DNA of 64,000 nucleotides from a virus (lineage: Duplodnaviria > Caudoviricetes): positions 1-64,000 of the IMG/VR virus record IMGVR_UViG_3300035396_001032, one strand, 5' to 3'. Of this stretch, positions 1 through 10,532 are shown piece after piece (position 1 is the stretch's first letter; the number at the start of each line of letters is the position of its first letter). Below the pieces are notes generated by a model, which saw only the letters and a list, made by a program, of their open reading frames with translations, searched no databases and had not been told where the DNA came from. Position numbers and translations under genes: made by a program.

Positions 1-2
1 AT

Positions 3-2246
3 AACGTAGGAGGTGGTTATGCCTCACTTTATTATAATACAACGGGTTGTTTCAATATCGGTATTGGTCGTGAAGCACTTAAATGCAACACCATAGGTAA
101 CGAAAACATTGCATTAGGTCATTTCGCCTTATTTTCCAACACTGGTGGTACAAACAACGTAGCTATAGGTTGTGAAACACTTTATCATAATACAAGTGGT
201 CATCATAACGTAGCAATAGGAAATTGTGCACTACATATTAACACTACTGGTACAAATAACATAGCAATAGGTTGTCAGGCACTTTTTAATAATATTGGAA
301 GTACTAATATTGCATTAGGTTTTGCTGCAATGAAAAGTTCGACTGGTGGTGCTGGTACAAGAAACTTTGCTGCTGGTAGTCAAACTCTTTATTTAAATAC
401 AACAGGTAATGATAATATTGCAATTGGTTCGAATACTTTATATAGTAATAGAAGTGGTGGAAATAATATTGGATTTGGAAATGGTGCACTGTTTAGTAAT
501 AACACAGGTTTAAATAATATTGGTATTGGTGCACTTACATTATATAATAATATTAGTGGATATGAAAACATTGCAATTGGTAGTTATGCACTTTGTAATA
601 ATAATAGTTATTATAATATTGGTTTAGGCTTCTATGCGTTATGTTCAAATAATGTTGGTGCAGAAAACATTGGATTAGGATTTCAAGTACTTAAATCTAA
701 TTCAAGTGGTAGTACAAATATTGCATTGGGTAGTAATACAATGTTTTACAATCGTGGTGGTTGTAATAATATTGCATTGGGTAGTCATGCATTGTATATT
801 AATTGTTATAATAATCATAATATAGCAATTGGAAATAATGCACTCTGGGGCACAAAAGGTAATTGTAATATTGGTATTGGAAGTGGTACATTACAATTAA
901 ATAGTGTTGGTCAGTATAACACTTCTTTAGGTGTTGCTGCTGGTTATTGCACAACTGGTAGTTCAAGTGTATTTATTGGATTTTGTGCAGGTAATGTTGA
1001 AAAAACAGGTTGTAAACTTTATATCGAAAACAGTGGAGCAAACTGCAGTAATGCTTTAATTTACGGTGAATTTGATAATGATATATTAAAACTTAATGCT
1101 TGTACATACATCAAGACCATAGGGAATGGTAGTAGTGCAGATAGCGTATTAACATGGGATGCAAGTAGTTGTGCAATTAGAAAAATGCCATATATGAGTG
1201 GTGCAACTCGTTTGGCAACATATAGTACAACTGCTACTGCAGGTGCAAGTACTACATTGACTGCAAGTAGTTCATATCTTCAATATTTTACAGGTACATT
1301 GAATCAAACCGTGGTATTACCAGTGGTAAGCACATTATCTCTGGGATATCAGTTTAAAATTATAAATAAGAGTACTGGTACTATTACTGTTAACTCAAGT
1401 GGTGGTAACACATTAATAGTGGTTGGTTCACTCACCACAGTAACTATCACATGTATTTTAATAACAGGTACTGGTATAGCGAGTTGGAATGTCGAAGAAT
1501 CTGTGGTGACTAATGTTGCAAGTGGTGAAAAAATTCTTACCGTTACATCTAATGGTATTCAAGCCACAACTGATTTTGTTAATCCAGTTATTTCTGAAGC
1601 TGCTTTGGAAGCACTTCCTGAAAGTGCTTGGGTTACAGGTATTGCTACATCAACAGGTATTCAGGGTCAAATGGCTTATGGAATTTCATATAAGTATGAT
1701 TGTATTGGAACTAATGCTTGGATACGTACTTTGATATTAGAAACTAAACTTGATTTATATCTTAGTCAAGATTTTGATGATAGTGTTACTGAAGGAACAA
1801 GTGTTACCTTAGATGCTGCTTATTCAACAGCAGTTATAGGTCAAAAGGTTTGGGGTACAACCAAAAACGTATATGAAAAGAAAGCCACAAATTTGTGGAG
1901 AAAAATATCTACTTCATTTACCGACATGGATTTCTTACCAAAATACGTGGTGCAAACTGGTGTGACAAGTGGTGCAAGTATAAATATATTAGGCACATTT
2001 GATATAACTTCAATTGTTGTTGAAGCACTGACTACTACTGCAGGTAATATTTATATCGGTAGTACTATGGGTGGTAACGATATTGTAGATACTACAGCAT
2101 TACCAATCGTGATAGGCACTAAAAAACAATTAAATTATTTGGTTAATGCTGATTTTCCACAAAGTAGTGCAAGAAATATATACGTGGGAATCAGTAGTGC
2201 AGCAAGTGTTAGATTACATATGGTTCAACAAAAAATGTTTAAATAA
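3..2246 (+). CDS. Tail fibre/adhesin with ~14-aa beta-roll (YadA-head/Hep_Hag-like) repeats; 5'-truncated by the window edge
   Basis: The frame is open from position 3 (NVGGGYASLYYNTTGCFNIGIG...) through the ORF-track start at 330. It has many N-x-x-G-x-x-N-I-A-I-G-x-x-A-L repeats, followed by KLYIENS...LIYGEF and a Ser/Thr-rich C-terminal region. Confidence 0.8.
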   Translation, partial: NVGGGYASLYYNTTGCFNIGIGREALKCNTIGNENIALGHFALFSNTGGTNNVAIGCETLYHNTSGHHNVAIGNCALHINTTGTNNIAIGCQALFNNIGSTNIALGFAAMKSSTGGAGTRNFAAGSQTLYLNTTGNDNIAIGSNTLYSNRSGGNNIGFGNGALFSNNTGLNNIGIGALTLYNNISGYENIAIGSYALCNNNSYYNIGLGFYALCSNNVGAENIGLGFQVLKSNSSGSTNIALGSNTMFYNRGGCNNIALGSHALYINCYNNHNIAIGNNALWGTKGNCNIGIGSGTLQLNSVGQYNTSLGVAAGYCTTGSSSVFIGFCAGNVEKTGCKLYIENSGANCSNALIYGEFDNDILKLNACTYIKTIGNGSSADSVLTWDASSCAIRKMPYMSGATRLATYSTTATAGASTTLTASSSYLQYFTGTLNQTVVLPVVSTLSLGYQFKIINKSTGTITVNSSGGNTLIVVGSLTTVTITCILITGTGIASWNVEESVVTNVASGEKILTVTSNGIQATTDFVNPVISEAALEALPESAWVTGIATSTGIQGQMAYGISYKYDCIGTNAWIRTLILETKLDLYLSQDFDDSVTEGTSVTLDAAYSTAVIGQKVWGTTKNVYEKKATNLWRKISTSFTDMDFLPKYVVQTGVTSGASINILGTFDITSIVVEALTTTAGNIYIGSTMGGNDIVDTTALPIVIGTKKQLNYLVNADFPQSSARNIYVGISSAASVRLHMVQQKMFK

Positions 2247-3751
2247 TGGCGCATCTAATTAAAATGAATAATGGTGTTCAAAGAATTGGAAACAATGTCT
2301 TTAACGTGAAGGATAATAGTAGAAGTTCTGTTGAAATTGTAAGTGCAAATTCTCAGGGGTTTTATAATCCGCAGTCAATAACATTTGACATCCCGAATAA
2401 CAGATATTATGTTGTTAATGCTGGTAACTCTACAATAAGTATCATGTATTATAGCGGAGCAAGTGCTAATACATTAGATAAAGTAGTTAGTACTGCTGCT
2501 GGTAGTTTTAGTAATCCACGTTCAATTGCATTAGACATCCCGAATAATAGATATTATGTTGCTAATTCTACTAACTCTACAATAAGTATCATGTATTATA
2601 GCGGAGCAAGTGCTAATACATTGGATATGGTAGTTAGTACTGCTGCTGGTAGTTTTAGTAGTACTTACTCAATAGCATTAGACACTGCAAATAATAGATA
2701 TTATGTTGTTAATTCTACTAACTCTACAATAAGTATCATGTATTATAGCGGAGCAAGTGCTAACACCTTGGATAAGGTAGTTACTGCAGTTGCTGGTAGT
2801 TTTAGTGGTACTTACTCAATGGCATTAGACACTGCAAATAATAGATATTATGTGGGTAATTTTACTAATTCCACAATAAGTATAGTGAATTATACAACAA
2901 ACTTATTGGAAAAACTGGTTGCTCCTTGGTTTAGTACACCATGTGGAATTGCATTGGATATCGAACATAATAGGTATTATGTTACTAATAATGGTAATAG
3001 TACAGTAAGTATTATGAATTATGATTCTAATACATTGGATAAGGTAATATCAGGTAGTTTTAGTAGTCCTTATGGAATAGCGTTAGATATTGCAAACAAT
3101 AGATATTATGTTGTTAATGCTGGTAACTCTACAATAAGTATCATGTATTATAGCGGAGCAAGTGCTAACACCTTGGATAAGGTAGTTAGTACTGCTGCTG
3201 GTAGTTTTAGTGGTTCTATTGCAATAGCGTTAGATATTCCAAACAACAGGTATTATGTTGTTAATTATCAGAATTACACAATAAGTATAATGTATTATAG
3301 CGGAGCAAGTGCTAACACCTTGGATAAGGTAGTTACTGCAGTTGCTGGTACTTTTAGTAATCCACGTTCAATTGCATTAGACATTGCAAATGATAGGTAT
3401 TATGTTGTTAATGCTAACAATCATTATAGTACTAATAGTATAATGAGATATAGTACAAATACTTTAATTTATCAAGTACCATATAATTTAGGTAATTTTA
3501 ATATATCACAAGGAATAGCATTAGACACTGCAAATGATAGATATTATGTCGTTAATAATAGTGGCTGGGGTATTATTGATAATGTGAGTGTAATGCAAAA
3601 AAGTACTAACACATTAATTACAACAATTAGTGCTGCTGTAGGTGGTTTTAGTAGTCCTACTTCAATAGCATTAGATGTTTCAAATAATAAGATTTATGTT
3701 GTTAATGCTGGCAATCACTCAATAAGTATTTTAAACACAACAATATACTAA
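2246..3751 (+). CDS. Beta-propeller (NHL/YVTN-like) repeat virion/receptor-binding protein
   Basis: About 10 repeats of F-x-x-P-x-x-I-A-L-D-x-x-N-N-R-Y-Y-V-x-N-x-x-N-x-T-I-S-I; TAATG overlap with the upstream gene; lies in the fibre cluster. Confidence 0.8.
   Translation: MAHLIKMNNGVQRIGNNVFNVKDNSRSSVEIVSANSQGFYNPQSITFDIPNNRYYVVNAGNSTISIMYYSGASANTLDKVVSTAAGSFSNPRSIALDIPNNRYYVANSTNSTISIMYYSGASANTLDMVVSTAAGSFSSTYSIALDTANNRYYVVNSTNSTISIMYYSGASANTLDKVVTAVAGSFSGTYSMALDTANNRYYVGNFTNSTISIVNYTTNLLEKLVAPWFSTPCGIALDIEHNRYYVTNNGNSTVSIMNYDSNTLDKVISGSFSSPYGIALDIANNRYYVVNAGNSTISIMYYSGASANTLDKVVSTAAGSFSGSIAIALDIPNNRYYVVNYQNYTISIMYYSGASANTLDKVVTAVAGTFSNPRSIALDIANDRYYVVNANNHYSTNSIMRYSTNTLIYQVPYNLGNFNISQGIALDTANDRYYVVNNSGWGIIDNVSVMQKSTNTLITTISAAVGGFSSPTSIALDVSNNKIYVVNAGNHSISILNTTIY
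2387..3420 (+). repeat. Near-identical 147-bp (49-aa) intragenic tandem repeats
   Basis: The core tctacaataagtatcatgtattatagcggagcaagtgc starts at 2429, 2576, 2723 and 3128, with a close variant at 3275; spacing within each run is 147 bp. Confidence 0.9.
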
Positions 3752-5448
3752 TGGGACACATAATTAAAATGAATAATGGTGTTCAGAGAATTGGAAACAA
3801 TGTCTTTAACGTGAAGGATAAGGTAAGTAGTTCTGTTGAAGTGGTTGACGGTAATGGTAAGGGATTTTGGAATCCAAACGATATTGTATTAGATATTAAT
3901 GATGATAAGTATTATGTTCCAAATTTAGGAAATAATACTATAAGTATTGTGCGTAAAAGTACTAATAAGTTAATCACAATAGTATCTACAGCAGCAGGTA
4001 GTTTTTCAGGTCCGAGAAATATTGCATTAGATATTCCAAATAATAAATATTATGTTACTAATAGTAATGGTACTGTAAGTATTATGGATTATAGTACAAA
4101 TACGTTATTATATTTAGTACCACAAGCAGCAGGTGGTTTTAGTACTCCATATGGAATTGCATTGGATATCCCAACCAATAGTTATTATGTCGTAAATATG
4201 GGTAATAATACTATTAGTATTATGTGGTATAGTGGTGCAAGTGCAAATACCTTAAAAAGAACTGTGACTCAAGTTGCAGGTACTTTTAGTCAGCCAGTGG
4301 GAATAGCATTGGATATACCAAACAATAAATATTATGTAGGTAATTATGGAAGTAGTAGGGTTAGTATAATGAGGTATAGTGATGATACATTAATACAACA
4401 AGTACTTACTGCAGCAGGTAATTTTAATGCCTGTGGTGAAATCACATTGGATATTGAACATAATCGATATTATGTTGCTAATTTTAATAATCATTCAATT
4501 AGTATCATGTATTATAGTGGTGCAAGTGCAAACACATTATTTACCACAGTAACTACTGCGATGGGAAGATTAAGTAATCCTTCTGGAATTGCATTAGATA
4601 TTCCAAATAACCAATATTATGTGAGTAATTATGGTACACATACTGTTAGTATAATGAATTACACCACGAATTTATTGAGTAATTATGTTGCTCCTTGGTT
4701 TAGCCAACCGTATGATGTTGCATTAGACGAAGCAAATGATAGATTTTATGTTCCGAATTACGGAAATGGTACTGTTACTATTATCCAGAAAAGTACGAAT
4801 TCATTAATTAAAATTGTTAGTGGATTTTATGTTCCAGTTAGTGTTGCATTAGATATTCCTAATAATAAATATTTTGTGGGTACTAATAGTTCTATTATAA
4901 GAATAATGCGATATAGTGATGATACCGAATTAAGAACAGTTGGTGGATTCACATTTGCAGGAACAATTGCTTTAGATATAGAACATGATAGATATTATGT
5001 TACTAACACAATTTCGAATACTGTGGGTGCTGTAAGAATATTTAAATATAGTGACAATTCTCAAATTGTAAATGTGACAGGATTTGGTAGCAGTGTTTCT
5101 GGTATTGCATTGGATATTGCGAACGATAGATATTATGTTTGTTGCTATTATACCCATACTGTAAGAATAATGCGATATAGTAATAATACTCAAATTGGAA
5201 TTGTAACAGGATTTAATAGTCCTGCAGCTATTGTTTTAGACATTCCTAATGACAGATATTATGTTACTAATTATGCCAGTAGTATTGTAAGAGTAATGCA
5301 ATACAGTACTAATACTCAAATTACTGTACTAACTGGTCTTTTAAACCCAACAGGTATTTCATTAGATAATGTAAATAATAAAATTTATGTCGTTAATGGA
5401 AGTTCTAATTCTAATACCATTTCAATACTAAACACAAATATATATTAA
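3751..5448 (+). CDS. Beta-propeller (NHL/YVTN-like) repeat protein, paralog of 2246-3751
   Basis: N-terminus MGHIIKMNNGVQRIGNNVFNVKD is almost identical to the upstream gene; same ALD-x-x-N-x-x-Y-Y-V repeat, about 12 copies. Confidence 0.8.
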   Translation: MGHIIKMNNGVQRIGNNVFNVKDKVSSSVEVVDGNGKGFWNPNDIVLDINDDKYYVPNLGNNTISIVRKSTNKLITIVSTAAGSFSGPRNIALDIPNNKYYVTNSNGTVSIMDYSTNTLLYLVPQAAGGFSTPYGIALDIPTNSYYVVNMGNNTISIMWYSGASANTLKRTVTQVAGTFSQPVGIALDIPNNKYYVGNYGSSRVSIMRYSDDTLIQQVLTAAGNFNACGEITLDIEHNRYYVANFNNHSISIMYYSGASANTLFTTVTTAMGRLSNPSGIALDIPNNQYYVSNYGTHTVSIMNYTTNLLSNYVAPWFSQPYDVALDEANDRFYVPNYGNGTVTIIQKSTNSLIKIVSGFYVPVSVALDIPNNKYFVGTNSSIIRIMRYSDDTELRTVGGFTFAGTIALDIEHDRYYVTNTISNTVGAVRIFKYSDNSQIVNVTGFGSSVSGIALDIANDRYYVCCYYTHTVRIMRYSNNTQIGIVTGFNSPAAIVLDIPNDRYYVTNYASSIVRVMQYSTNTQITVLTGLLNPTGISLDNVNNKIYVVNGSSNSNTISILNTNIY

Positions 5449-5454
5449 TAAGTT

Positions 5455-5997
5455 ATGATACACATCAGAGCCAACGCAGAAAATCAAATAGAAGTAATTT
5501 CTAATGAACCAATTCAAGTCTATACTTGCATAGTAGATAGTCTACCGACAGATTTTTATATTTATTTATCAGAAGGAAAATACTTAGCCAATGCCGATGG
5601 TATTTATGTTAAAGCCAATTGGCAGGATTACGACATGTTAGAAATTCCAGTAAATCCAATATTGGAATATGTAATGAGTAGTAGTTGTCCTGTTGACCCG
5701 ACTTTAAAAAGAAAAATATATTGGGTAGGAGAGGAACATGTGGTAGACCAATATTTTAAAGTTATTTTACATGTATTGCATTTTAATGCAGATGGAAGTA
5801 GAAATAGGGTTTATGACAGAGTAACTTGGACACGTGCAGACAAAGGAATAATGATTGTAAATCCATTGAATGAAGAAGAAATTGTAGATGAATATGATTT
5901 ATTCAAAGATATGATAAATACTTCATTTATGCCACAGTTGGTACAGTTGGGGATTTATTGTGCAGAACCAGTTTTAAATAATAGAATTTATAGTTAA
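5455..5997 (+). CDS. Hypothetical protein in the fibre cluster
   Basis: 180-aa ORF, tightly spaced and co-directional; no motif recognised. Confidence 0.6.
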   Translation: MIHIRANAENQIEVISNEPIQVYTCIVDSLPTDFYIYLSEGKYLANADGIYVKANWQDYDMLEIPVNPILEYVMSSSCPVDPTLKRKIYWVGEEHVVDQYFKVILHVLHFNADGSRNRVYDRVTWTRADKGIMIVNPLNEEEIVDEYDLFKDMINTSFMPQLVQLGIYCAEPVLNNRIYS

Positions 5998-6008
5998 TAA
6001 TATATTGT

Positions 6009-7301
6009 ATGAATATATCAAAACAATTATATGACATAATAATGAGTGGTGGAACATCACCCGTTACAAGTGCAAGTGGTGAGAACATAACAAAATCAAT
6101 TTCACAGGCTTCTCATGGATTTAGCGTGAAAGATGTTGTGGGTTTCAGTGGTAGTACATATAATAAGCCAATTGCAAATGGGTTATATGATGGTGAAATT
6201 TTAGGACTTGTAACCAAAGTTCCAAATAGTGGAACATTTGAATTAACTCAAGCTGGTTATATAACTGGATTAACTTCCTTGGTTGCAAATACCACATACT
6301 TTTTAAGTGATGTGACTGCGGGTTTATTAACTTCAACCGAACCAACTGGAGACACACATATTAGCAAAACAATATTTTTTGCCGATAGTACTTCAACTGG
6401 TTGGGTATTACCATATGCAGGATACGTTGTAACAACAGGAACTTCATCAGGTGGTGGTACATGGGGTACAATTACAGGTACACTTTCAGACCAAACAGAT
6501 TTATGGGATGCAATAACTGGTAATACCGTTACTGTCGATGCTGTTTTAAGCACTGGAAGTACGAATGCGATTCAAAATCAAGCCGTAGCAACAGTTATTA
6601 ATCAAATAATGTCAGTAATTGCAGTAGCTCCAACTTATACTGCACCAACAGCGAATCTAACTGCAGGTCTTGCTCAGACAGTTGAAATGGGTACTACTAT
6701 AACAAATGCAACAGCAAATATAAGTTTTACACAAGGTGATGCAGGTGCAGTAACTGGATATGAATTATGTCGTAATGCAGTTAGTTACTCAACTTCTCAA
6801 AACAATAGTGTAACTGATAGTAATGTTACTTCTTCGATATCCTATGTTGGAAAAGTGAGTTATGCTTGTGGTGCAACAAAAAATAATAATCTTGGAATTC
6901 CTGATACAACAGGTAAAATTGTTGCAGGTACGGTTAGTAGTCCTACAAGAACAATTACACCAGTATTAAAACAATTCTGGGGTAATTCTTCAGCAGTGCC
7001 TGCGACATCGACAGATGTTAGAAATTTAAGTAGTAACAATTTTGCAACTACAAATAGTTTTACACTAACAACTGGTACAGTAAATACTGTGTTTGCGGTA
7101 GCGATTCCTAATACAAAATCAATTACTTCGGTTATCGATACAGGTAACTTAAATTTAAATGTAACATCACAGTATATATTAATTAATGGTTCGTTTAATG
7201 TTAATGATATTGGAAGCAATGCACGTGCATATAAATTATATGCAATGCAACCAGCGATTCCATATTCAACATCTACGTCACATGTAATAACAGTAGCTTA
7301 A
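6009..7301 (+). CDS. Virion structural/fibre-associated protein
   Basis: Thr/Ser/Gly-rich; WGTITGTLSDQTDLW motif shared with 11952-14846; beta-rich C-terminal part. Confidence 0.6.
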   Translation: MNISKQLYDIIMSGGTSPVTSASGENITKSISQASHGFSVKDVVGFSGSTYNKPIANGLYDGEILGLVTKVPNSGTFELTQAGYITGLTSLVANTTYFLSDVTAGLLTSTEPTGDTHISKTIFFADSTSTGWVLPYAGYVVTTGTSSGGGTWGTITGTLSDQTDLWDAITGNTVTVDAVLSTGSTNAIQNQAVATVINQIMSVIAVAPTYTAPTANLTAGLAQTVEMGTTITNATANISFTQGDAGAVTGYELCRNAVSYSTSQNNSVTDSNVTSSISYVGKVSYACGATKNNNLGIPDTTGKIVAGTVSSPTRTITPVLKQFWGNSSAVPATSTDVRNLSSNNFATTNSFTLTTGTVNTVFAVAIPNTKSITSVIDTGNLNLNVTSQYILINGSFNVNDIGSNARAYKLYAMQPAIPYSTSTSHVITVA

Positions 7302-7315
7302 TAAGAAATAAAAAA

Positions 7316-8695
7316 ATGGCATTAAATCTCCCTTTCGGAATTCAACCAGTAAATGCATTATCTAATCTCGATGTGAGATACGGACCGTGGGCAAATACGA
7401 GTGCAGCACTCACTAACACTGCAGGTACACGTGTATCTGGATTAACTGTTGGAATTATTGAGGCAGGAGGCATTGTTGAATATTGGTTTAAAAACGGTAT
7501 TGCTGATGGTAATTTGGTTGTTAAAAGTAGTAGTGGTATAGGTGGTAGTGGCATAGGCTGGTCAAATCTTGCTGCTGGCTCAACCGTTGCAGGTTGTGGA
7601 ACAGTTGCAAGTGGTTCAAGTATTTGTAGAAATACATTTTATGGTGTTAATGCTGGTTGTTCCATCACAAGTGGTACTGGCAATACTTCAAATGGATATC
7701 AAGCACTTCGTAGTATTACTACAGGTTGTGGTAATGTGGCAATTGGTCATCAAGCACTTTATAGTAATGCAACTGGAAATACGAATTTTGCTATCGGATG
7801 TAGTGCACTATATGCCAATACGATTGGATTTGACAATATTGCAATAGGTAATGATTCTCTCAGGAAAAATATTTCTGGTGGAATGAATATTGGAATTGGT
7901 TATTGTACACTTAATTGTAATTTAACTGGTTCACAAAACATTGCAATAGGTGGGAGTGCATTGATATGTAATAATGATGGTTATAATAACATCGCAATCG
8001 GTACAACCACAATGGTACATAATATTTCAGGATATAATAACATTGCAATAGGTAATGGTGCAGTTTTTAGTAATGAAAGTGGTTGTGAAAATATTGGACA
8101 AGGAAATGGTGCAATGGTGAATAATACCACTGGTAATTTTAATATCGCATTAGGTTATCAATCACTTCAAAGAAATACTAATGGAAATAATAATGTTGCA
8201 ATAGGTCGATATTCACTTAGTCAAAATCAATATATTCATCGTAGTGTTGCAATAGGGTGCGGTGCTGGATATTCCGAAGGAAGTTCAGATAGATTACATA
8301 TTGCAAACTGTGATACCTGTTCACTTATTTATGGTGAATTTGTTAATAAAATTGTTTGTATTGATAATAAATTAATAACATGTAATTTACAAGTTTTAAG
8401 CGGTGTGACAACTGGATATGTGTTAACTGCAGATGCAACTGGTAACGCTACTTGGCAAGCAGGTGGTGGTTCGTCATTATCAATATTTACAATTACTGGT
8501 AATAGTAGTGCAACTGGATTTACCGTTAACCACGCTAAGAATAAACAATTTGTTGGTGTTGAAATCGTAAAAAATAGTAGTCCATATCAAACAGTTTATA
8601 CTGATGTTCAGAGAACAAATGCAAATTGTATTTACATTACATTCGATACTGCACCCTCAACTGGTCAACAATATAAAATATTAATAACAGGATAA
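7316..8695 (+). CDS. Tail fibre/adhesin with beta-roll repeats
   Basis: N-x-x-G-x-x-N-I-A-I-G-x-x-A/S-L repeats as in 3-2246, followed by RLHIANC...LIYGEF and GYVLTADATGNATW. Confidence 0.75.
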   Translation: MALNLPFGIQPVNALSNLDVRYGPWANTSAALTNTAGTRVSGLTVGIIEAGGIVEYWFKNGIADGNLVVKSSSGIGGSGIGWSNLAAGSTVAGCGTVASGSSICRNTFYGVNAGCSITSGTGNTSNGYQALRSITTGCGNVAIGHQALYSNATGNTNFAIGCSALYANTIGFDNIAIGNDSLRKNISGGMNIGIGYCTLNCNLTGSQNIAIGGSALICNNDGYNNIAIGTTTMVHNISGYNNIAIGNGAVFSNESGCENIGQGNGAMVNNTTGNFNIALGYQSLQRNTNGNNNVAIGRYSLSQNQYIHRSVAIGCGAGYSEGSSDRLHIANCDTCSLIYGEFVNKIVCIDNKLITCNLQVLSGVTTGYVLTADATGNATWQAGGGSSLSIFTITGNSSATGFTVNHAKNKQFVGVEIVKNSSPYQTVYTDVQRTNANCIYITFDTAPSTGQQYKILITG

Positions 8696-8696
8696 T

Positions 8697-10505
8697 ATGT
8701 CAAACAGGTCAAACATAAATTTAGTCGGCAATACCACACAAGGTCAAAACGTTGGTGGTGGTGCAGGTATTTACAAAGGTAAAAATGGTGGAAATCTATT
8801 GCAGTTCAAAAGTATTGCTGCAACTGGTAGTTCAATCACTATATATCAGGTTGGTGACAAGATTTTAATATCTGGCTCAACAGGTGGTGGTTCAGTATCT
8901 GGTGGAGCAAATTTGGGTACTGGTAATGGTACGATTTATACGAGTTTAAATAGTGGTAATTTACAATTTAAGACATTAAGTGGTGGAACAAATGTTACGC
9001 TAACATGTAATGGAAATTATATTGCAATTAATGCTGCTGGTGGTGCATCGTATTGGACAAAAACTGGAACTGACTTATGTCCAACTACTGCTGGTGACGA
9101 TATTTTATTACCTGCAAATGACTTGATTAAATGGTCTGATGGTAGTTGTATTACCAGTAATAGTAATCAAATTATTGCATGTGGAAATAATATTAATTTA
9201 TGCGCAAGTGGTAGTCTTATACTTAATTCACCTCAAATATATCTTGGTGGACTCTTAAATGCGTCATGGATTAGTGTCAATACTGGTAGTAAATTTACTA
9301 CTATTGGAAATAATCTTTGTTGGAATTTTAATATATGCGGTGGTGCTGCAAGTGGTGCTAATGCTGGTGGTGCTGCAAGATTAATTGGTGGTAGTAGTTC
9401 AGCTACTCAAAATGGTGGTGCTGCGGAAGTTTGTGGTGGTGATAGTGTTAGTGGTACAGGTGGTGGTATTGTATTACGTGCTGGTGCAGGTACTACTACA
9501 GGTAGAATTGCATTATGTAGTTTACCTGCAAAATCAACTGAAACTAATTTGGTTTATATCGATGCAAGTGGAAATGTAAGTTGTGGTGCTAATGATTGGG
9601 TTGTAAGTGGTGCTGATATTAGTCCATCGAGTACGTTAGGTATTAAGTTGAGTACGAGTAGATGTTTTTGCTGGGATACTGGTGCATATTTGAAATCAAC
9701 AACTAATGGTGTTGCTAATAGTTTTATAATGGATAATGGTACTGGTGTGAAAACTTGTATGAGTTTAAATGGATTATATACAATATATTCAGGTGGATTT
9801 ATAGTTAGTAATGCTGCAAGTACATCATTTCTTTGTATAAGTAGTTCTGGCTCAATTCAGTCATATTATGGAGATATTACCTTGTCAGGTGGTGACTCAG
9901 CATCTGCAACTGCTGCACGTTGTAGTACTGTTAAAGGTGCTACCAATTCATCGACAGGTTTAGGTGGTACTACTTTTATTTGTGGTGGAACTTCGTATGA
10001 TGGCGGTGGTGGTGATGTATGTATTTGTGGTGGTCAAGGGAATTCTCACAATACTGGTAGTGGTAATGGTGGTAATATAAAACTAATAGCGGGTACGGGT
10101 GTTGTTGATGGTAGTATGTATCTATGTAATTTACCTTCAAATGGTGGTGCAACATGTGTTGTTTGGATTGATTCTACTGGTAAATTATTTACTGCGACAC
10201 CTGCATCTGACTGTAGATTGAAAAGAAATGTTCAGCCAATTACAAATGCTTCAATGTTTTTAAATAAGATATGTGGTTATTCCGCAGAATTTAATGAATT
10301 ATCAAATTGTGAAGGCTGTTGCGAATATGTTTTTATGGCACAAGAAGTTGAAACCGAATTACCACTGGCAGTTAAAAACGGTGTATTAATCAACGATGTT
10401 GACTATAAGAAGGTTGAATATGACCAACTTATTCCAATTCTTTGGAATATTGTAAAAGAACAAGAAATTAGAATTAAATCGTTGGAAGAAAAACTCAGTA
10501 AATAA
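8697..10505 (+). CDS. Tail fibre/spike with C-terminal intramolecular chaperone (Peptidase_S74-like)
   Basis: C-terminal SDCRLKRNVQPI ... FMAQEVE..LP.AV ... VEYDQLIPILWNIVKEQ..RIKSLE, the S74 auto-cleaving chaperone pattern plus coiled coil; Gly-rich body. Confidence 0.85.
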   Translation: MSNRSNINLVGNTTQGQNVGGGAGIYKGKNGGNLLQFKSIAATGSSITIYQVGDKILISGSTGGGSVSGGANLGTGNGTIYTSLNSGNLQFKTLSGGTNVTLTCNGNYIAINAAGGASYWTKTGTDLCPTTAGDDILLPANDLIKWSDGSCITSNSNQIIACGNNINLCASGSLILNSPQIYLGGLLNASWISVNTGSKFTTIGNNLCWNFNICGGAASGANAGGAARLIGGSSSATQNGGAAEVCGGDSVSGTGGGIVLRAGAGTTTGRIALCSLPAKSTETNLVYIDASGNVSCGANDWVVSGADISPSSTLGIKLSTSRCFCWDTGAYLKSTTNGVANSFIMDNGTGVKTCMSLNGLYTIYSGGFIVSNAASTSFLCISSSGSIQSYYGDITLSGGDSASATAARCSTVKGATNSSTGLGGTTFICGGTSYDGGGGDVCICGGQGNSHNTGSGNGGNIKLIAGTGVVDGSMYLCNLPSNGGATCVVWIDSTGKLFTATPASDCRLKRNVQPITNASMFLNKICGYSAEFNELSNCEGCCEYVFMAQEVETELPLAVKNGVLINDVDYKKVEYDQLIPILWNIVKEQEIRIKSLEEKLSK

Positions 10506-10508
10506 TTA

Positions 10509-10516
10509 GTATTTAT
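10509..10516 (+). promoter_or_regulatory. Putative phage late promoter motif GTATTTAT
   Basis: Intergenic; motif begins 24 nt before the ATG at 10533. Confidence 0.65.
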
Positions 10517-10532
10517 ATTAAACTAAATAGTC

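Noticed and set aside
2387-3420. CRISPR-like or non-coding repeat array
   Set aside because: The period is 147 bp (49 codons), in frame inside a long ORF, with no repeat-spacer alternation and no cas genes.
2246-10505. Diversity-generating retroelement acting on fibre genes
   Set aside because: There is no reverse transcriptase in the window and no template/variable repeat pair; differences between repeats are not adenine-specific.
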